The position numbers and the translations under genes were made by a program. Under the pieces are notes generated by a model. That model worked only from the letters and a program-made list of their open reading frames with translations. It was not told the DNA's origin and did no database searches. 37,707 nt of DNA from Trichomonas gallinae (lineage: Eukaryota). The stretch's first letter is position 1; each line of letters starts with the position of its first letter. This document shows, piece by piece, positions 20,622-31,795 of the stretch. Location of the stretch: contig MRSU01000033.1 of assembly GCA_008369845.1 (NCBI GenBank), positions 1-37,707 of the forward strand, written 5' to 3'.

Positions 20622-23600
20622 TTACATATTCGAAATAAGAGGAAGGCTAACGATTTCACCGTCAAGTGTGCCCATGAGCAAGTCTTTGAATTCCTCGCGG
20701 AATGTGATGGACGTGACACGTACAGCGATATTATCAGCCGACCAAACTGTTTCGCCGCGGTCAGCATTGATGATAAGGAGTGGACCATTCTTCAGTGAGA
20801 TCGCTGCGAGGACTGATTTGTGGAACCACTCGAAAACTGATGCGCAAACGAATTCACCTTTAACTTTCAATACATTGATCATGTTGAGGTTGGAGTCGAA
20901 CGATCTGATAGTGAGCATTTCACCATCAGTGAATATTACGACAACTGTGCCGCTTTCTGTGATGTCACAGTACAATGGTGTTCCATCTTCTCCACAATGA
21001 ATTGTGTGAGAAGTTCTACCGTTAACAAGGCTCGTTGCACTGATGAATCCATCATCACCGCATGCGATCATGATATCGGATGGCTCTGAAATGGACAAGC
21101 ATCTGATTGGAGAGCGGTGGAATGGAACGAAAACAGTCTTATCTTCTGTGTGGAGCATGATTGTTGATGCTGAATCGCCAGTTGCCCAGAACTTATCGCT
21201 GACAGAAATTGCTGTGATCTTTCCTGAGTGCTTCCTTGTTGTCAGCAAGCGTTGGAAGTTTAATGGGTTAAAGAATGTGAATGCTCTGTCGTATTCGCTA
21301 GCGACCATGACACGAGATTCGTTAATCTTAACCATTGGCCTTTCAGACGTGAAGCCTGTTGAAATTCCTGATCCAATATATTCTTGTTCTTCGACGCCAT
21401 TCTGGTTGATTCTCAAGATGCTGAGATCCTTTGTGATAGCGACGATATTCTTCTGGATGTATGCGACAGAAACAATTTCTGTCCTGAATGATTGGCTGAG
21501 CAACTTCAATTTAAGAGATGGATTGAGTTGGGCAGAAAGCTCACGAACTTCTGGATGTGGTGCCTCGAAAATTTTCTGCGGAGCCATTCCAAAGCAAGCT
21601 GCGAATTCCTGCGCAAACTTGAATTTGACTGGATCCCTTATGACCTCTTTAGTGATGCAGTCTGTGAAGAAATATGGGCAGAAGTGGTTTTGGCATTCGA
21701 TAGCAAGTTTGCCGCGGCTCTTGATACCGAAAATCAGGTCGATCCACTGAGGAAGTCCTGCAGTAGCAATTGGGCTTTCAAGAGCTTCTCTGTTCTTGCG
21801 AACAAAGTCTGATGGCGATGTGGCCCATGGTGGCAGAACAACGTGGCCGTCGTTTGGAGCAGACTTTCCGAGATCGAAGTTGTTCGAGTTGAGGAGGAAA
21901 TCTGGCAGATAGAAGAACTCTGGGATGAGTTCTCTGAAGTCCATTGTTGTGTGGTTAACACTCTCCCATGCACGAGGAATGGAGTGGAACAATCTGTCAG
22001 AAATATCGAATCTTCCGCTTTGAAGTTCGATGTGAAGTGATGTGAATGGCTCCATGCGGACTAAGAAGCCAATGACGACAGCTGCACTAGAGTAAAGAGA
22101 GCCGAAGAGATATCTTGTATCATCTGAGTCACTCGAATTCGAGCGCTCAACCATGATGGCTAATCTGTCTTGATCGAGAACACCAATTGGCTTTGACAAA
22201 TCTCTGAAAGACTTTGGATTTGTCAAGTCGAGTTCATTTGATGAGTAATCGGACAAAATCCACGGGAAGACTGGATATTGTGACAAATCGTTGTATGTTC
22301 TTCCACTGTAGATGTTGATCCTCATCAAGTAATCGAAGTTCGAAAGCAATCCATCGCACCACATTTCTGTTGCTTTTCTAACCAACTGGTTAATGTCGGA
22401 AGCATTTTGCTGGATGAAGACTTTGCGAGCGAACTTTTGCTTCTTGAGGACATCCAAGAAAGACTTTCGCTTTCCACCTGGGAAGTCCAAGAAAATAGCA
22501 CGCATGGCTGTTGTATAGATTTCAACACTAGTGTCAAGAAGAAGATAATGCCTCAAGAAAACGCTTTCAATTGTCTTTGTTTCGATTCTGATGAATTTGT
22601 TGCTTGACTCGAAGATCAAATATTCTGGTGTGAGTGTAGCACTTCCTGAGTGAACTTTCTTCATTGTGACAAGTCTGGCGTCGATCTTAATTAAAATGTT
22701 CTGTGTGCTGTCTTCGTTCTTAGCTGAGTCTTGTTGAATCTTTTCATCGGAAACTTCTTCACCGAACACAATGTCTTCTTCGCCAGCAAATGTTGCCATA
22801 CGGAGTTGCTTGAGATGGTCAGTGTAAAGCATTTGGGCGTTTGTGATGTTTCCTGTATCTCTCAAGAAGGAAGCATGTTTGTGATCAGTGTACAAAGTGT
22901 TTTCGATCATCTTTCCGCGCCTGAAGTTCTTCTGCATTGTGTCATCGAGCTTAAAGTGGATGTCATGCTTCGAATCTGGAGAATTCCATGGACCACCCTG
23001 CTGGCTCAATGTTCTGATCATTGTCTTGTAGATCTTTGCGCCAACATTCATTTCATTTCTCAATTCAGAAGCGAACTGCATGATTGATGCATTGACTTTC
23101 TGCTTCTTTGTCAAAACTTTCAATGATGTTGCAAGGTCATTGAGTTTAGCGAAGTTAGCAGAAACCTTAGAGCTAGCATTGATGATCTTGTCAACAATCT
23201 TTGGAACATTCTTCTCATATTCCTTGACGAAAAGCAACATATCATTTTCGTAGTTCGAGAATTCCTGCATTGCGTCGTGAGCGAAGTGGTGGCCTCTTGA
23301 CTTGAAGCATCCCTCGAACGAGTCGATGCTTGATCCCCACTGGATCTTCTGCTTCATGTTGAAGATGTGTCTCAAAGCGTGTGAGAAAACTTCAACATCT
23401 TCTGTCATGTAGATGTGGCTGACATGATTTCTGTCAGTCCTGATATAGATGTTGCTGAGGCCAGCAATGTAGCAGATGAATGCTTGTCTTTGTGCTGGGT
23501 TCAAGCCTCTGTCTGATGGAATTTTGTTTGTCAAAAATCTGATGTGGTTGGAGAAAGACATGAAGTTTGGCGCATGGATAAGACCGATTGCCATAGTGAA

Positions 23601-26600
23601 GCCGTACATGAAGTACAATGATTTCTGGCTTCCACTGACAACTTGGTTTGGTGTGAAATAGTCTGGCATTCCTTCAATGCATGACAATAAGCATTCAGCG
23701 AGTTCGGCATCCAACCAGGCACCTTTTTCTGTTGTCCTTGTTGCATATGAGTACTGGAATGTTGTAGCATCGTGGCCCATTCTTATCATAGCAAGTTCCT
23801 GGAAAGACAATTTCTGGACTTTAGGACTATCTTTTTCTGAATATGGGAAGCTGTAGAATTTCGATGTGTTAGGAATAGCGAACAAGAATGTGAAGATTGT
23901 GTTGATGACATCAAGCAACAATTTTTCTGTTGAAAATGCGTGTTCACCTGATAATGAACACTTCATGACTTCAAGGAGAACTGCACGTGGGATGTATGTG
24001 TAGTCAGCTTGGATTCTCTCGCTCAAGATGTCAAACAAGACAATCATCTCATCCAATAAGTTTTTGTCTGCAGAAGAATAAAGTGAAGCAAGAATGTTCA
24101 AAGCGATCTTGCTGGAATTATCGAATCCTGATGCTTCTTCTGGGCAATGTGACATGATGAAGAACAACAGAGCTGTTTCGATTGAGAAGGCCTTGTGAAG
24201 AACTCTGTATTTCTTCTTCAAAGCCTTCTGAAGATTAGAAAGATATACGCAGGCAAGGTCGTCATCGAATGGTGTGATTGCCATGATGCCCAATGCACAG
24301 ACACTTGGCTCTTCGATATTTGGATTGAATTTATCATCATCTTTGAGCTGTGAGATTGCAACTTTGAGAATTCCCTCATCAGACTTTTCGTCGTATAAGC
24401 CAAAGATGTATCCGAAGATGACATCGGCTAGGTTGTGCGAGTTCTTGTTTGTGTTGAGAACTGCGAGAATTGAATCAACCCACTCTTCGAATGTGTATGG
24501 TTTAAGGAATAACTCTCTGTATCTTCTTTCGAGCTTAGAGAACTTAACGAAGATGTGCATGCACAAAATGTGAAGCTCTTCTCTTTCGCTAAGCAATAAC
24601 TGGAAGAAAGAGTCAAAGTTGAGATATTTCGTGATGTTGTCGACGAGTTTCTGGTCTTGTGATTGAATCATTGAGCCCATGAACCTGAGTGTTTCGAATG
24701 TCAAAGCAAGGTCATCGGCATCTGTTGCGAAGTAAACCAAAGCCAATGAGTTGAACTCTGTGAATGAATCTCTAAATATCTTGGCTGAGAGTTTCCACAG
24801 TTCAGCGCGAACTGGACTTAATTCAGCTGGTCTGTGGATTTCAGCTTCCTTTGAGTTCTTCATGATCTTCGGGCCAGCGAAGAGTGACAACTTTGGTGTT
24901 GGCTTGCACCAGTAGCATGTTTTGATGATGAACAAAATCTTGTTGGCTGGCGCTGCGACTCTGAACAAGTATCTGAGATGCTCATCGCCTTTCTCATAGA
25001 TGTCATTCAATGACTGGTAAATTGCGACGTGTACTTTGAGATCTGCGTACATCCAGACTCTGACATCCAAGAAAATGTCTTGAATCATGGAGATAATCAA
25101 ATCATCATTCTTCAATTCCATGAACAAAACTTTGAAGAGTTCAACAGCTTGCAATGTGAGGTGTCTTGTTGATGCGCGAGCAATTAAGTTACCGATCATT
25201 TCGAATCCTTTGATTGATGCGAAGTTCTGCTGGTTGCCTGGATTGTCTCTCAAGAAAGCGATCAACAGTTTGACCAAAATTGCCAGGAATCCTGGATCTG
25301 ATACATCACTCTTTCCTGTTGCCATGTCAAGCTGAGCGAAGAAAGGAATGAGAACACCAGCGCCACCAATAGCTGAGATGACCATAGATGAGTTCGGGTA
25401 GTATCCGAATGTTGTGGCGTTGTTGATGGCAGCTGAAGGTTTTGTGTGTAAATGTGACATGTTGGCAACTTTGTCGTTGTTTGAAATCGAAGCGGACAAA
25501 AGGAATAAGAATGATTCAGCGATTTCTTTTGTGAAGATCGGCTCATACATTTGTGGGAAGTCGCCTTTTTCGACTGGGTCGAATGTTGTCATTGATGATC
25601 TTGGAAGTCTGCCAATTAATTTGACTAGATTTGCTGGGATGCAAATATTTGACAATCCGCAAATGCCAACATTGCAGTTCATGTTGAGGCATATAGGAAC
25701 TTGTTCGAGTTTATCTGTAAATGGTTTGATCTTGATATCATGTTCGATTGCAAGCTTCCCGCTGTTGTAAATGCGCAAAAAGCTGCCGTCATATGTAATG
25801 ATCAAAGTAGTCCATTGGTTCAACTGCATGTCAATATCGAAGTCTTGGTAATCAGCTTTAGAATCATCTCTGTAGCTGTATTTAAGCTTCGTGCCTGCCA
25901 TTGAAAATGTGAGTTGATTCTTGGAAGCCCATGATTCTAAATAAATCAGTTTTCCTTTGTTAGTAGCACTGATTAATTCCAAGTCAACAATGATTGTGAA
26001 ATTAGACAATGGTGATGGAAGATTCATTGGAGAAACAGCAATGCAAGCATCACGCTCAGTCAAGTGGAAGAATGATGATGGAGCTTCGAATGGTGTCTGG
26101 AAGATCAACAAGAGTGACATCAAGAAATCGTTAGTGACAATTGGCTTCTTGCCATTTGGCAAAGCGGTCATGTTCTGGAAGATTGTCATCAAATCATTGG
26201 CCTTGACAGAATATTGCGATAAGAATGTGAATAATCTGCTAGCTTCAGCAAATAACTTGTCAATTTCTTCGACGTTTCTGTAGTTGCATAAGAACTGGAC
26301 CAATGTTGTCGTGAAGCTAGAGTTGTTGATCTGTAGACCTGAATGTGCATTTACTTCGCATGTTTCGTTGAGATAGTTCAAGAATTTGTACTTCTCATCG
26401 TCTGTTTCCATTAAGCTGAAAATCAACGAGAGTGGCTCTGCGTTGTAAATTGTTCTGAACTGATCTGGAAGCTGCTGATCGTCGAAAACAATGTACCAAA
26501 GATTGTCGACGAGTTTCTGCTTGCCGCTGGATTTCGCGATTTCAACGACAAGTGGTTTGATCTTTGAGAACAAATCAAAGCTTGTGAAGAATTCTTTGAA

Positions 26601-28685
26601 CTTGCCTTGTAACTTTGAGCATCTCTGCGCTAACTTGAGCATTGCCAATAAGTCGCTGTCGTCTTTGGTTTCTAAAGCAAGAGAAATCAAAAGATCGACG
26701 AACTTTGGTGACAACATGTTCGATGCGATTGCGATTGAATTGTATTCGATCACATCGTAGATTGTTTCGATGACAGCTCTTGCAAATGGTAAATATTCTT
26801 GGTCAAGCCTAGCCTTTTCGAGTGTCTGGCAGAAAAAGTTATAAATGTAGATAATAACTTTCGAATTTCTGTCAAGAATATACAATGCTTTCTTGATGCA
26901 CGATAATGCGAATGTTGAAACGTTTTCTTCGTAAACGTGCTGAATGATTGACTCTACTAATGGCTCTGATTCGAAACAGAATGCGCAGCAGATTGGATCT
27001 GTCAACAATGTGAAGATAAACTTGAATAATGATATACGGCATTCTTGAACACTTTCGAACTTAGCTCTAATGTTCTCTTTCTGTTCACCTTCTTCAGCTG
27101 TTTCCAGTTGTTTGCTGAACTCGAAGTGAAGGTTCTGGAGGAGGAACATTAAGTTGGCAATTCTCAAGTCGAACTTGTTTTCTTGCAAAGTTATTTGCAG
27201 TTCAATTGGACATGAAACAGCTGCTTGGCAAAGAGCTGTTGTAATCATTTTCGGATTCTGGAGTCTTGTGAAGCATCTCTCGAAACGTGGGAGAATCAAG
27301 GCAAGCATTGAATGGTAGTAGTTGTTTTCAGATTTCATGAGAATTAAATTAAGATTTGAAACAAAAACGAGTAAATCGTCATTTGTGTACTTGACTAAGA
27401 CTTCACCAAGTAACATCTGTATGATGTGTGCTGAAACAAGCTCTTTTTCGTAGTTTTGAATATTCGCAACCATAACTGATCTAACAAATACAGCGGCAAA
27501 TACCAAAACTTCATATGTTCTCTTTCCACGTGATAATTCCATAAATTTCACAAAGAATTTCGAAATATAATCCGATCTGAATTTCGCAAATTGAGTAAGA
27601 GCCGAAACCATGACATTGAGGATTGGATGTTTCATGAAGCATGATGGATTCGGAGGTATATTAAGTTGAGTATTGAATTCTTTAGAGATTTCTTCATTCG
27701 TTAAAACATAATCCTTTTCGAATGTAGCTGAAATTTTTGTCCTGACAGGAACTGTTAATGAAGGAACAAAAAGTTCGTTCTCTTCCTTGAAGACAGCTCC
27801 GCTAAAATCGAGATTAGATATATAATTAAGAACGAATGTTGAAATTTGCTCGATATTTTGATCATCGAAGAAGTAGTCTGTTCCAACTGAATATCTTCCG
27901 CAGATTTTTGTCAATAAAACAAGGATCAAAACTTTTGTTTCTGGTAATATTCCTTTAATATCTGTATTTAGGATCCATTGAAGTTTATCGATGAGAGATG
28001 CGTAGTTGAAGTTGATGTTTTCGGATATATAAAGAGATTTTGATGATAAACTGATGATATCATGAATTAAATCAAAAATTTCTGGGCGGCAATCTGGAGT
28101 GTCATTGAAAGTTTGGATCAAATACAAGAAGTAGGCCTGGAAAACTGGATTCGATCCGTCTGTTGTCTGAACAATTGCCTTATATAATTTCATTGCCACC
28201 AGTGAAATATCGACGAGGTCGTTTGATTCTGGCGCAGAAATATCGTTTGACCTGAGATGTGGCAATATCTGTGTTAAACAGAAGGCCACAGAGCAGGAAA
28301 GAACAGAGCTCATTCCTGGATAAGTGTTTAACTCTCTTGTAACGATTTCGATTAAATATCTGACTTCTCTATAATAAGGAGAACGCTCTTCAATTGGAAT
28401 TTGCATCATAAAGAAGCCCAAAGCGTATAATTTTCTGGCCGCAAGGATTACATTATGAATTGGAACTTCAGTTTTCAACAAACCGTCGAAATTGAATAAA
28501 ATAGAGAATAATTCGAAATAAGAATACTCTGTTTTCGTTGTAATTACGTATGAAGCTAAATTTTGATCGAATAAAGGCAGAGTATTTTCGTTGTCTGAGA
28601 CAGAAAACAATGTTATGCAGTGGAGGACCATGACATCATGGTTCAGTGTTTTTATTGGTCGAAAAAACACTGGAGAAAAACTCAT
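20622..28685 (-). CDS. Beige/BEACH domain protein (neurobeachin/LRBA/LYST-like: helical region, ConA-like, PH, BEACH, WD40), 2687 aa
   Basis: BEACH motifs WCDGLLSNFDYLMRINIYSGRTYNDLSQYPVFPWI, FRDLSKPIG, SGRFDISDRLFHSI, RELIPEFFYLPDFL and WIDLIFG. PH-like RHYLLLDTSVEIY upstream and WD40-like repeats downstream. ATG 28685 follows an Inr. Confidence 0.96.
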   Translation of the reverse strand: MSFSPVFFRPIKTLNHDVMVLHCITLFSVSDNENTLPLFDQNLASYVITTKTEYSYFELFSILFNFDGLLKTEVPIHNVILAARKLYALGFFMMQIPIEERSPYYREVRYLIEIVTRELNTYPGMSSVLSCSVAFCLTQILPHLRSNDISAPESNDLVDISLVAMKLYKAIVQTTDGSNPVFQAYFLYLIQTFNDTPDCRPEIFDLIHDIISLSSKSLYISENINFNYASLIDKLQWILNTDIKGILPETKVLILVLLTKICGRYSVGTDYFFDDQNIEQISTFVLNYISNLDFSGAVFKEENELFVPSLTVPVRTKISATFEKDYVLTNEEISKEFNTQLNIPPNPSCFMKHPILNVMVSALTQFAKFRSDYISKFFVKFMELSRGKRTYEVLVFAAVFVRSVMVANIQNYEKELVSAHIIQMLLGEVLVKYTNDDLLVFVSNLNLILMKSENNYYHSMLALILPRFERCFTRLQNPKMITTALCQAAVSCPIELQITLQENKFDLRIANLMFLLQNLHFEFSKQLETAEEGEQKENIRAKFESVQECRISLFKFIFTLLTDPICCAFCFESEPLVESIIQHVYEENVSTFALSCIKKALYILDRNSKVIIYIYNFFCQTLEKARLDQEYLPFARAVIETIYDVIEYNSIAIASNMLSPKFVDLLISLALETKDDSDLLAMLKLAQRCSKLQGKFKEFFTSFDLFSKIKPLVVEIAKSSGKQKLVDNLWYIVFDDQQLPDQFRTIYNAEPLSLIFSLMETDDEKYKFLNYLNETCEVNAHSGLQINNSSFTTTLVQFLCNYRNVEEIDKLFAEASRLFTFLSQYSVKANDLMTIFQNMTALPNGKKPIVTNDFLMSLLLIFQTPFEAPSSFFHLTERDACIAVSPMNLPSPLSNFTIIVDLELISATNKGKLIYLESWASKNQLTFSMAGTKLKYSYRDDSKADYQDFDIDMQLNQWTTLIITYDGSFLRIYNSGKLAIEHDIKIKPFTDKLEQVPICLNMNCNVGICGLSNICIPANLVKLIGRLPRSSMTTFDPVEKGDFPQMYEPIFTKEIAESFLFLLSASISNNDKVANMSHLHTKPSAAINNATTFGYYPNSSMVISAIGGAGVLIPFFAQLDMATGKSDVSDPGFLAILVKLLIAFLRDNPGNQQNFASIKGFEMIGNLIARASTRHLTLQAVELFKVLFMELKNDDLIISMIQDIFLDVRVWMYADLKVHVAIYQSLNDIYEKGDEHLRYLFRVAAPANKILFIIKTCYWCKPTPKLSLFAGPKIMKNSKEAEIHRPAELSPVRAELWKLSAKIFRDSFTEFNSLALVYFATDADDLALTFETLRFMGSMIQSQDQKLVDNITKYLNFDSFFQLLLSEREELHILCMHIFVKFSKLERRYRELFLKPYTFEEWVDSILAVLNTNKNSHNLADVIFGYIFGLYDEKSDEGILKVAISQLKDDDKFNPNIEEPSVCALGIMAITPFDDDLACVYLSNLQKALKKKYRVLHKAFSIETALLFFIMSHCPEEASGFDNSSKIALNILASLYSSADKNLLDEMIVLFDILSERIQADYTYIPRAVLLEVMKCSLSGEHAFSTEKLLLDVINTIFTFLFAIPNTSKFYSFPYSEKDSPKVQKLSFQELAMIRMGHDATTFQYSYATRTTEKGAWLDAELAECLLSCIEGMPDYFTPNQVVSGSQKSLYFMYGFTMAIGLIHAPNFMSFSNHIRFLTNKIPSDRGLNPAQRQAFICYIAGLSNIYIRTDRNHVSHIYMTEDVEVFSHALRHIFNMKQKIQWGSSIDSFEGCFKSRGHHFAHDAMQEFSNYENDMLLFVKEYEKNVPKIVDKIINASSKVSANFAKLNDLATSLKVLTKKQKVNASIMQFASELRNEMNVGAKIYKTMIRTLSQQGGPWNSPDSKHDIHFKLDDTMQKNFRRGKMIENTLYTDHKHASFLRDTGNITNAQMLYTDHLKQLRMATFAGEEDIVFGEEVSDEKIQQDSAKNEDSTQNILIKIDARLVTMKKVHSGSATLTPEYLIFESSNKFIRIETKTIESVFLRHYLLLDTSVEIYTTAMRAIFLDFPGGKRKSFLDVLKKQKFARKVFIQQNASDINQLVRKATEMWCDGLLSNFDYLMRINIYSGRTYNDLSQYPVFPWILSDYSSNELDLTNPKSFRDLSKPIGVLDQDRLAIMVERSNSSDSDDTRYLFGSLYSSAAVVIGFLVRMEPFTSLHIELQSGRFDISDRLFHSIPRAWESVNHTTMDFRELIPEFFYLPDFLLNSNNFDLGKSAPNDGHVVLPPWATSPSDFVRKNREALESPIATAGLPQWIDLIFGIKSRGKLAIECQNHFCPYFFTDCITKEVIRDPVKFKFAQEFAACFGMAPQKIFEAPHPEVRELSAQLNPSLKLKLLSQSFRTEIVSVAYIQKNIVAITKDLSILRINQNGVEEQEYIGSGISTGFTSERPMVKINESRVMVASEYDRAFTFFNPLNFQRLLTTRKHSGKITAISVSDKFWATGDSASTIMLHTEDKTVFVPFHRSPIRCLSISEPSDIMIACGDDGFISATSLVNGRTSHTIHCGEDGTPLYCDITESGTVVVIFTDGEMLTIRSFDSNLNMINVLKVKGEFVCASVFEWFHKSVLAAISLKNGPLLIINADRGETVWSADNIAVRVTSITFREEFKDLLMGTLDGEIVSLPLISNM

Positions 28686-28702
28686 TCCACAATTTGAATG
28701 AA

Positions 28703-28709
28703 AAAGTGA
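28703..28709 (-). promoter_or_regulatory. Inr element TCACTTT of the BEACH gene
   Basis: Consensus Inr starting 24 nt upstream of ATG 28685. Confidence 0.6.
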
Positions 28710-29538
28710 CAATAATCCTCACTTTTCACAGGCAGAATTAAAAATAAATCATAAATGAGCCATAACAACTATACAGCACATCTCTTTATGATGTGTATAT
28801 CACTGCTGTCGTTGAACAATTCCAAACCTCAACAATTGAATCAAAAGCACAGTAATACTCTCATAAACTGCATATTTTGATGATAAATTAGTGATTGATA
28901 TTAGAATAAGATATTAAATTATAAAGCGTATGGTTTGAAAATGAAATTTTACCAAATTTCGAGTTTTGTTTTATTTATTGGATTTCATAGAATTTGGTCA
29001 AGTGAGTCACTAATTTCACTAACGATGGTACTAAATTCAAAGATAGATTCAATACAATTTATGAATATGACTTTGAAATTGATTCGAAAAAAAAATAATT
29101 ATGTTCTTTTTCGGATAATTTAGATATTCTCACCGCTTTACATGTGATACAGAATGATAAATCCATGTATTTGCGTTGATAATCAACATTTTTGAATTTG
29201 TGCAGGTGATAGTTTAAGGTTAATATTGTCTCACTTTTTTTCTTTTGTTTTTTAGATGTTTAAGCATCACCATATTGTCAACTGTGAGAACTATATGCAA
29301 AATTTAAAAGTAATTCTGTCTATTTCCATTTAATCCTTGTCATGATTTAATTAAAAAAATATCCATTGGATAATCAATAAACATCAGCCAACTAATACAT
29401 ATGGTTTTAAAAAATAGGTATCAAAATTTCAAAGTACATTTGTCTATATAAGAGTTTCAATCTAAAAATGTGAGTCTATAACATCTGAAATGATATTGTG
29501 AATAACAACTGATAAATAGATGATGCAATAAAAAGCAT

Positions 29539-30000
29539 TTATTCCTTAAGTTTAAGATATATTGTATCGGTATTGAAGTCGAAAACATCTGAGAAGATAG
29601 ATTCAGGATTCAAAATGATGGATCTTTTAAATTTGCCGCATTTTTTAACATAACAACTATGATTGTCGAGAGATTTCTTGAGATATTTTTCTAGTCTTTT
29701 CTTGATAGATTGACAATCTTCAATTGTTCTTATATTAAATAAGAAAGGAGCATTTCCATCATACACTGTGATACCATATTCGTCGATTGCCATTCTCAAT
29801 ATAAAATCTCCAGCAAACAATGTCAAATTTGTTGGAATCTTTGATAAAATTGTTTAAGTGTCCATTGCACACAAATGATGATTTTCGGCTTCATTGCATA
29901 ATTTTATTGAGAAGTTTTTACATATTTTTGTCAATCCATTTGCGCTCTGATATTTTCTGTTACAATTAACAACTTGTAATTCATCAATATTTTGTTTTTC
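29539..30000 (-). pseudogene. Interrupted reading frame, unknown product
   Basis: The 95-aa ORF frame continues upstream to about 30000 with a single TAA (..LCAMDT*TILSKIPTNLTLFAG..). No family recognised. Confidence 0.3.
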
Positions 30001-30074
30001 TCATTGAATGAATCAAAAAGAGATGATTTGATTAACATTGCAAAAATACTTCCTCCATAATTTATATAAATTTA

Positions 30075-30748
30075 TTAAATGAACAACAACTGGTCCTACA
30101 TACTCAACTTTCGCTTGAAGATCATCAAGATAACCTTCATTTACATCAATTTTCAATTGCATATCCATGCTCTTCTTATTGAGATCAAACTTGCAGTCTC
30201 CTTCTCTACTAGCATATGGAAATCAGCTTCGTTCATGAAATATCCATGTTGAACGTCCTGGATGAAGTGGTAAACATCGAATGGACGTCTGCCTTTGCAT
30301 CCGTTGTATCATCAGTCAACAATGTTCTGCTCTGATAATTTGTATAGCTTGTTGTATTGAATTGTCCATTATGACTCCATTGCTGGAAAAACAGCGAATG
30401 CATCTGAAACATGACAGTTTCCAAAACCAACTGGTTGGTTAACAACCCCTTTCCTGCGCCAATCCTAGCTAGAAATCGTTGGTCTTGCATCTTTGACTGT
30501 GTTACTTTCTAATTTTCTGATCACAGGCCTGCCGTGGCTGCAAACATAGCTTTCATCTCTTCATCTATCAAGTGCGAGAATCTGTTTAGTGCTAGTGTGA
30601 AACCTAAGTTTGCATTGTTGTGTTTCTGGGCTCCTTTTGCTGTCAATTGTTGTACGTGGAGTAAAACTCTTCTCCGTGGAAGGCAATTGCCTGTATCTCT
30701 CATCAATCTAACGAACTCTTTGTAGCTGTGCAGATTGATATTATTCAT
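30075..30748 (-). pseudogene. Papain-family (C1A, cathepsin L-like) cysteine protease pseudogene
   Basis: Pro-region FVRLMRDTGN..HNNANLGFTLALNRFSHL; mature region *DWRRKGVVNQ (DWR at 30464-30456), AMES*W, LYKLSEQNIVD**YNGCKG, QHGYFMNEAD/PYASREGDCKFD, KVEYVGPV. Multiple stops and frameshifts, and recognisable similarity ends before the catalytic His/Asn. Confidence 0.88.
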
Positions 30749-31384
30749 TATTGAAAAATGACATAAGTTTAGCAATTGGCTCCCGTTCAGGACTTGCTGC
30801 TGATTGTGGTGACTTTTCAGATTTTTCTTCTTTCTTCTCCTCTTTGTTTGCTATCATAGCGTTGGCGAGCTTAGTGTCTATCACAAACAGAGAATCTTCC
30901 GCCAAAATTATTTTTTTCATCCCTGGTTGATTCTAAAGCTCACTATTGTCATCAATGAATTATATATAGCGAAAGGAATCTATTTTTATCTGCAAAGTCT
31001 ACGATAATCGCTCAAAATGCTAAAAATCATTAAATACATAAATTTAAGACACCATAGAGAAAATCAACAACATAAAATATAATTTTTTGCAATTAAACAC
31101 AATATCTATACTATACTTATCTTATCAAATTTTTTAAACTAGAAATCAACCGTTGGAACATGATTAAATTATATATGTTGTTGTACTTCTTAAATTTTCA
31201 AGCAAAATTGACCGCTCTTAGCAGCAAAATTTTTGAGAAATTAAATTAATAGTCGTATTTTGTCTTGGCATCTCATGGTTTACATTCAAGACGCCGAGAA
31301 ATTCCTACACCAAAATATTCATGCCTGATCAATATTTCCTGAATAATTCCTAATCCGATTTACGAGCTCTATTTCGTATAATAT

Positions 31385-31634
31385 GCATCTATTGAGCCAA
31401 TAATATTGTGTTGTATAGCTAATTTATAAGATTTTTGGATTATAAAAATGCTTTCAGGCTTCAATCATGCGGCCAATGTATAGATCATTCCAAAATGCAT
31501 CTACTCGTTATTGATCTAAGCGGACAATTCATCGTGCATTTAGATATTAGCATTTTATTTCGAATCTCTTTCTGTAATAAGCATCTGTTGAGCCAATAAA
31601 GTTGTGTTGTAATGCTATTTTGTATGATTTTTGG
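31385..31634 (+). repeat. Imperfect 54-bp direct repeat (31385-31438 and 31581-31634)
   Basis: 46/54 identical with 196-bp spacing. Confidence 0.75.
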
Positions 31635-31795
31635 TTCTATTGGCGGATTGAACTGAAAAAGGTGGTTAATTTACAATTAAAAAAGATTTTGCTGTAAAAA
31701 CAATTTTCTCATTGAAATGGTTATATTGAATATTAAAAAATTGAATGTTATCGGCACCAATTTTCTGAGGTTCATCAGATTGATTTCATTACTGC

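Noticed and set aside
20594..26760. Many antisense and alternate-frame ORFs within or overlapping the BEACH gene (e.g. 21043-21750)
   Set aside because: Shadow frames of a long codon-biased gene, with no recognisable motifs.
5415..28685. Adaptor mu, BEACH protein and membrane protein as a trafficking gene cluster
   Set aside because: Both families are heavily expanded in Trichomonas and unrelated genes lie between them, so proximity is probably chance.
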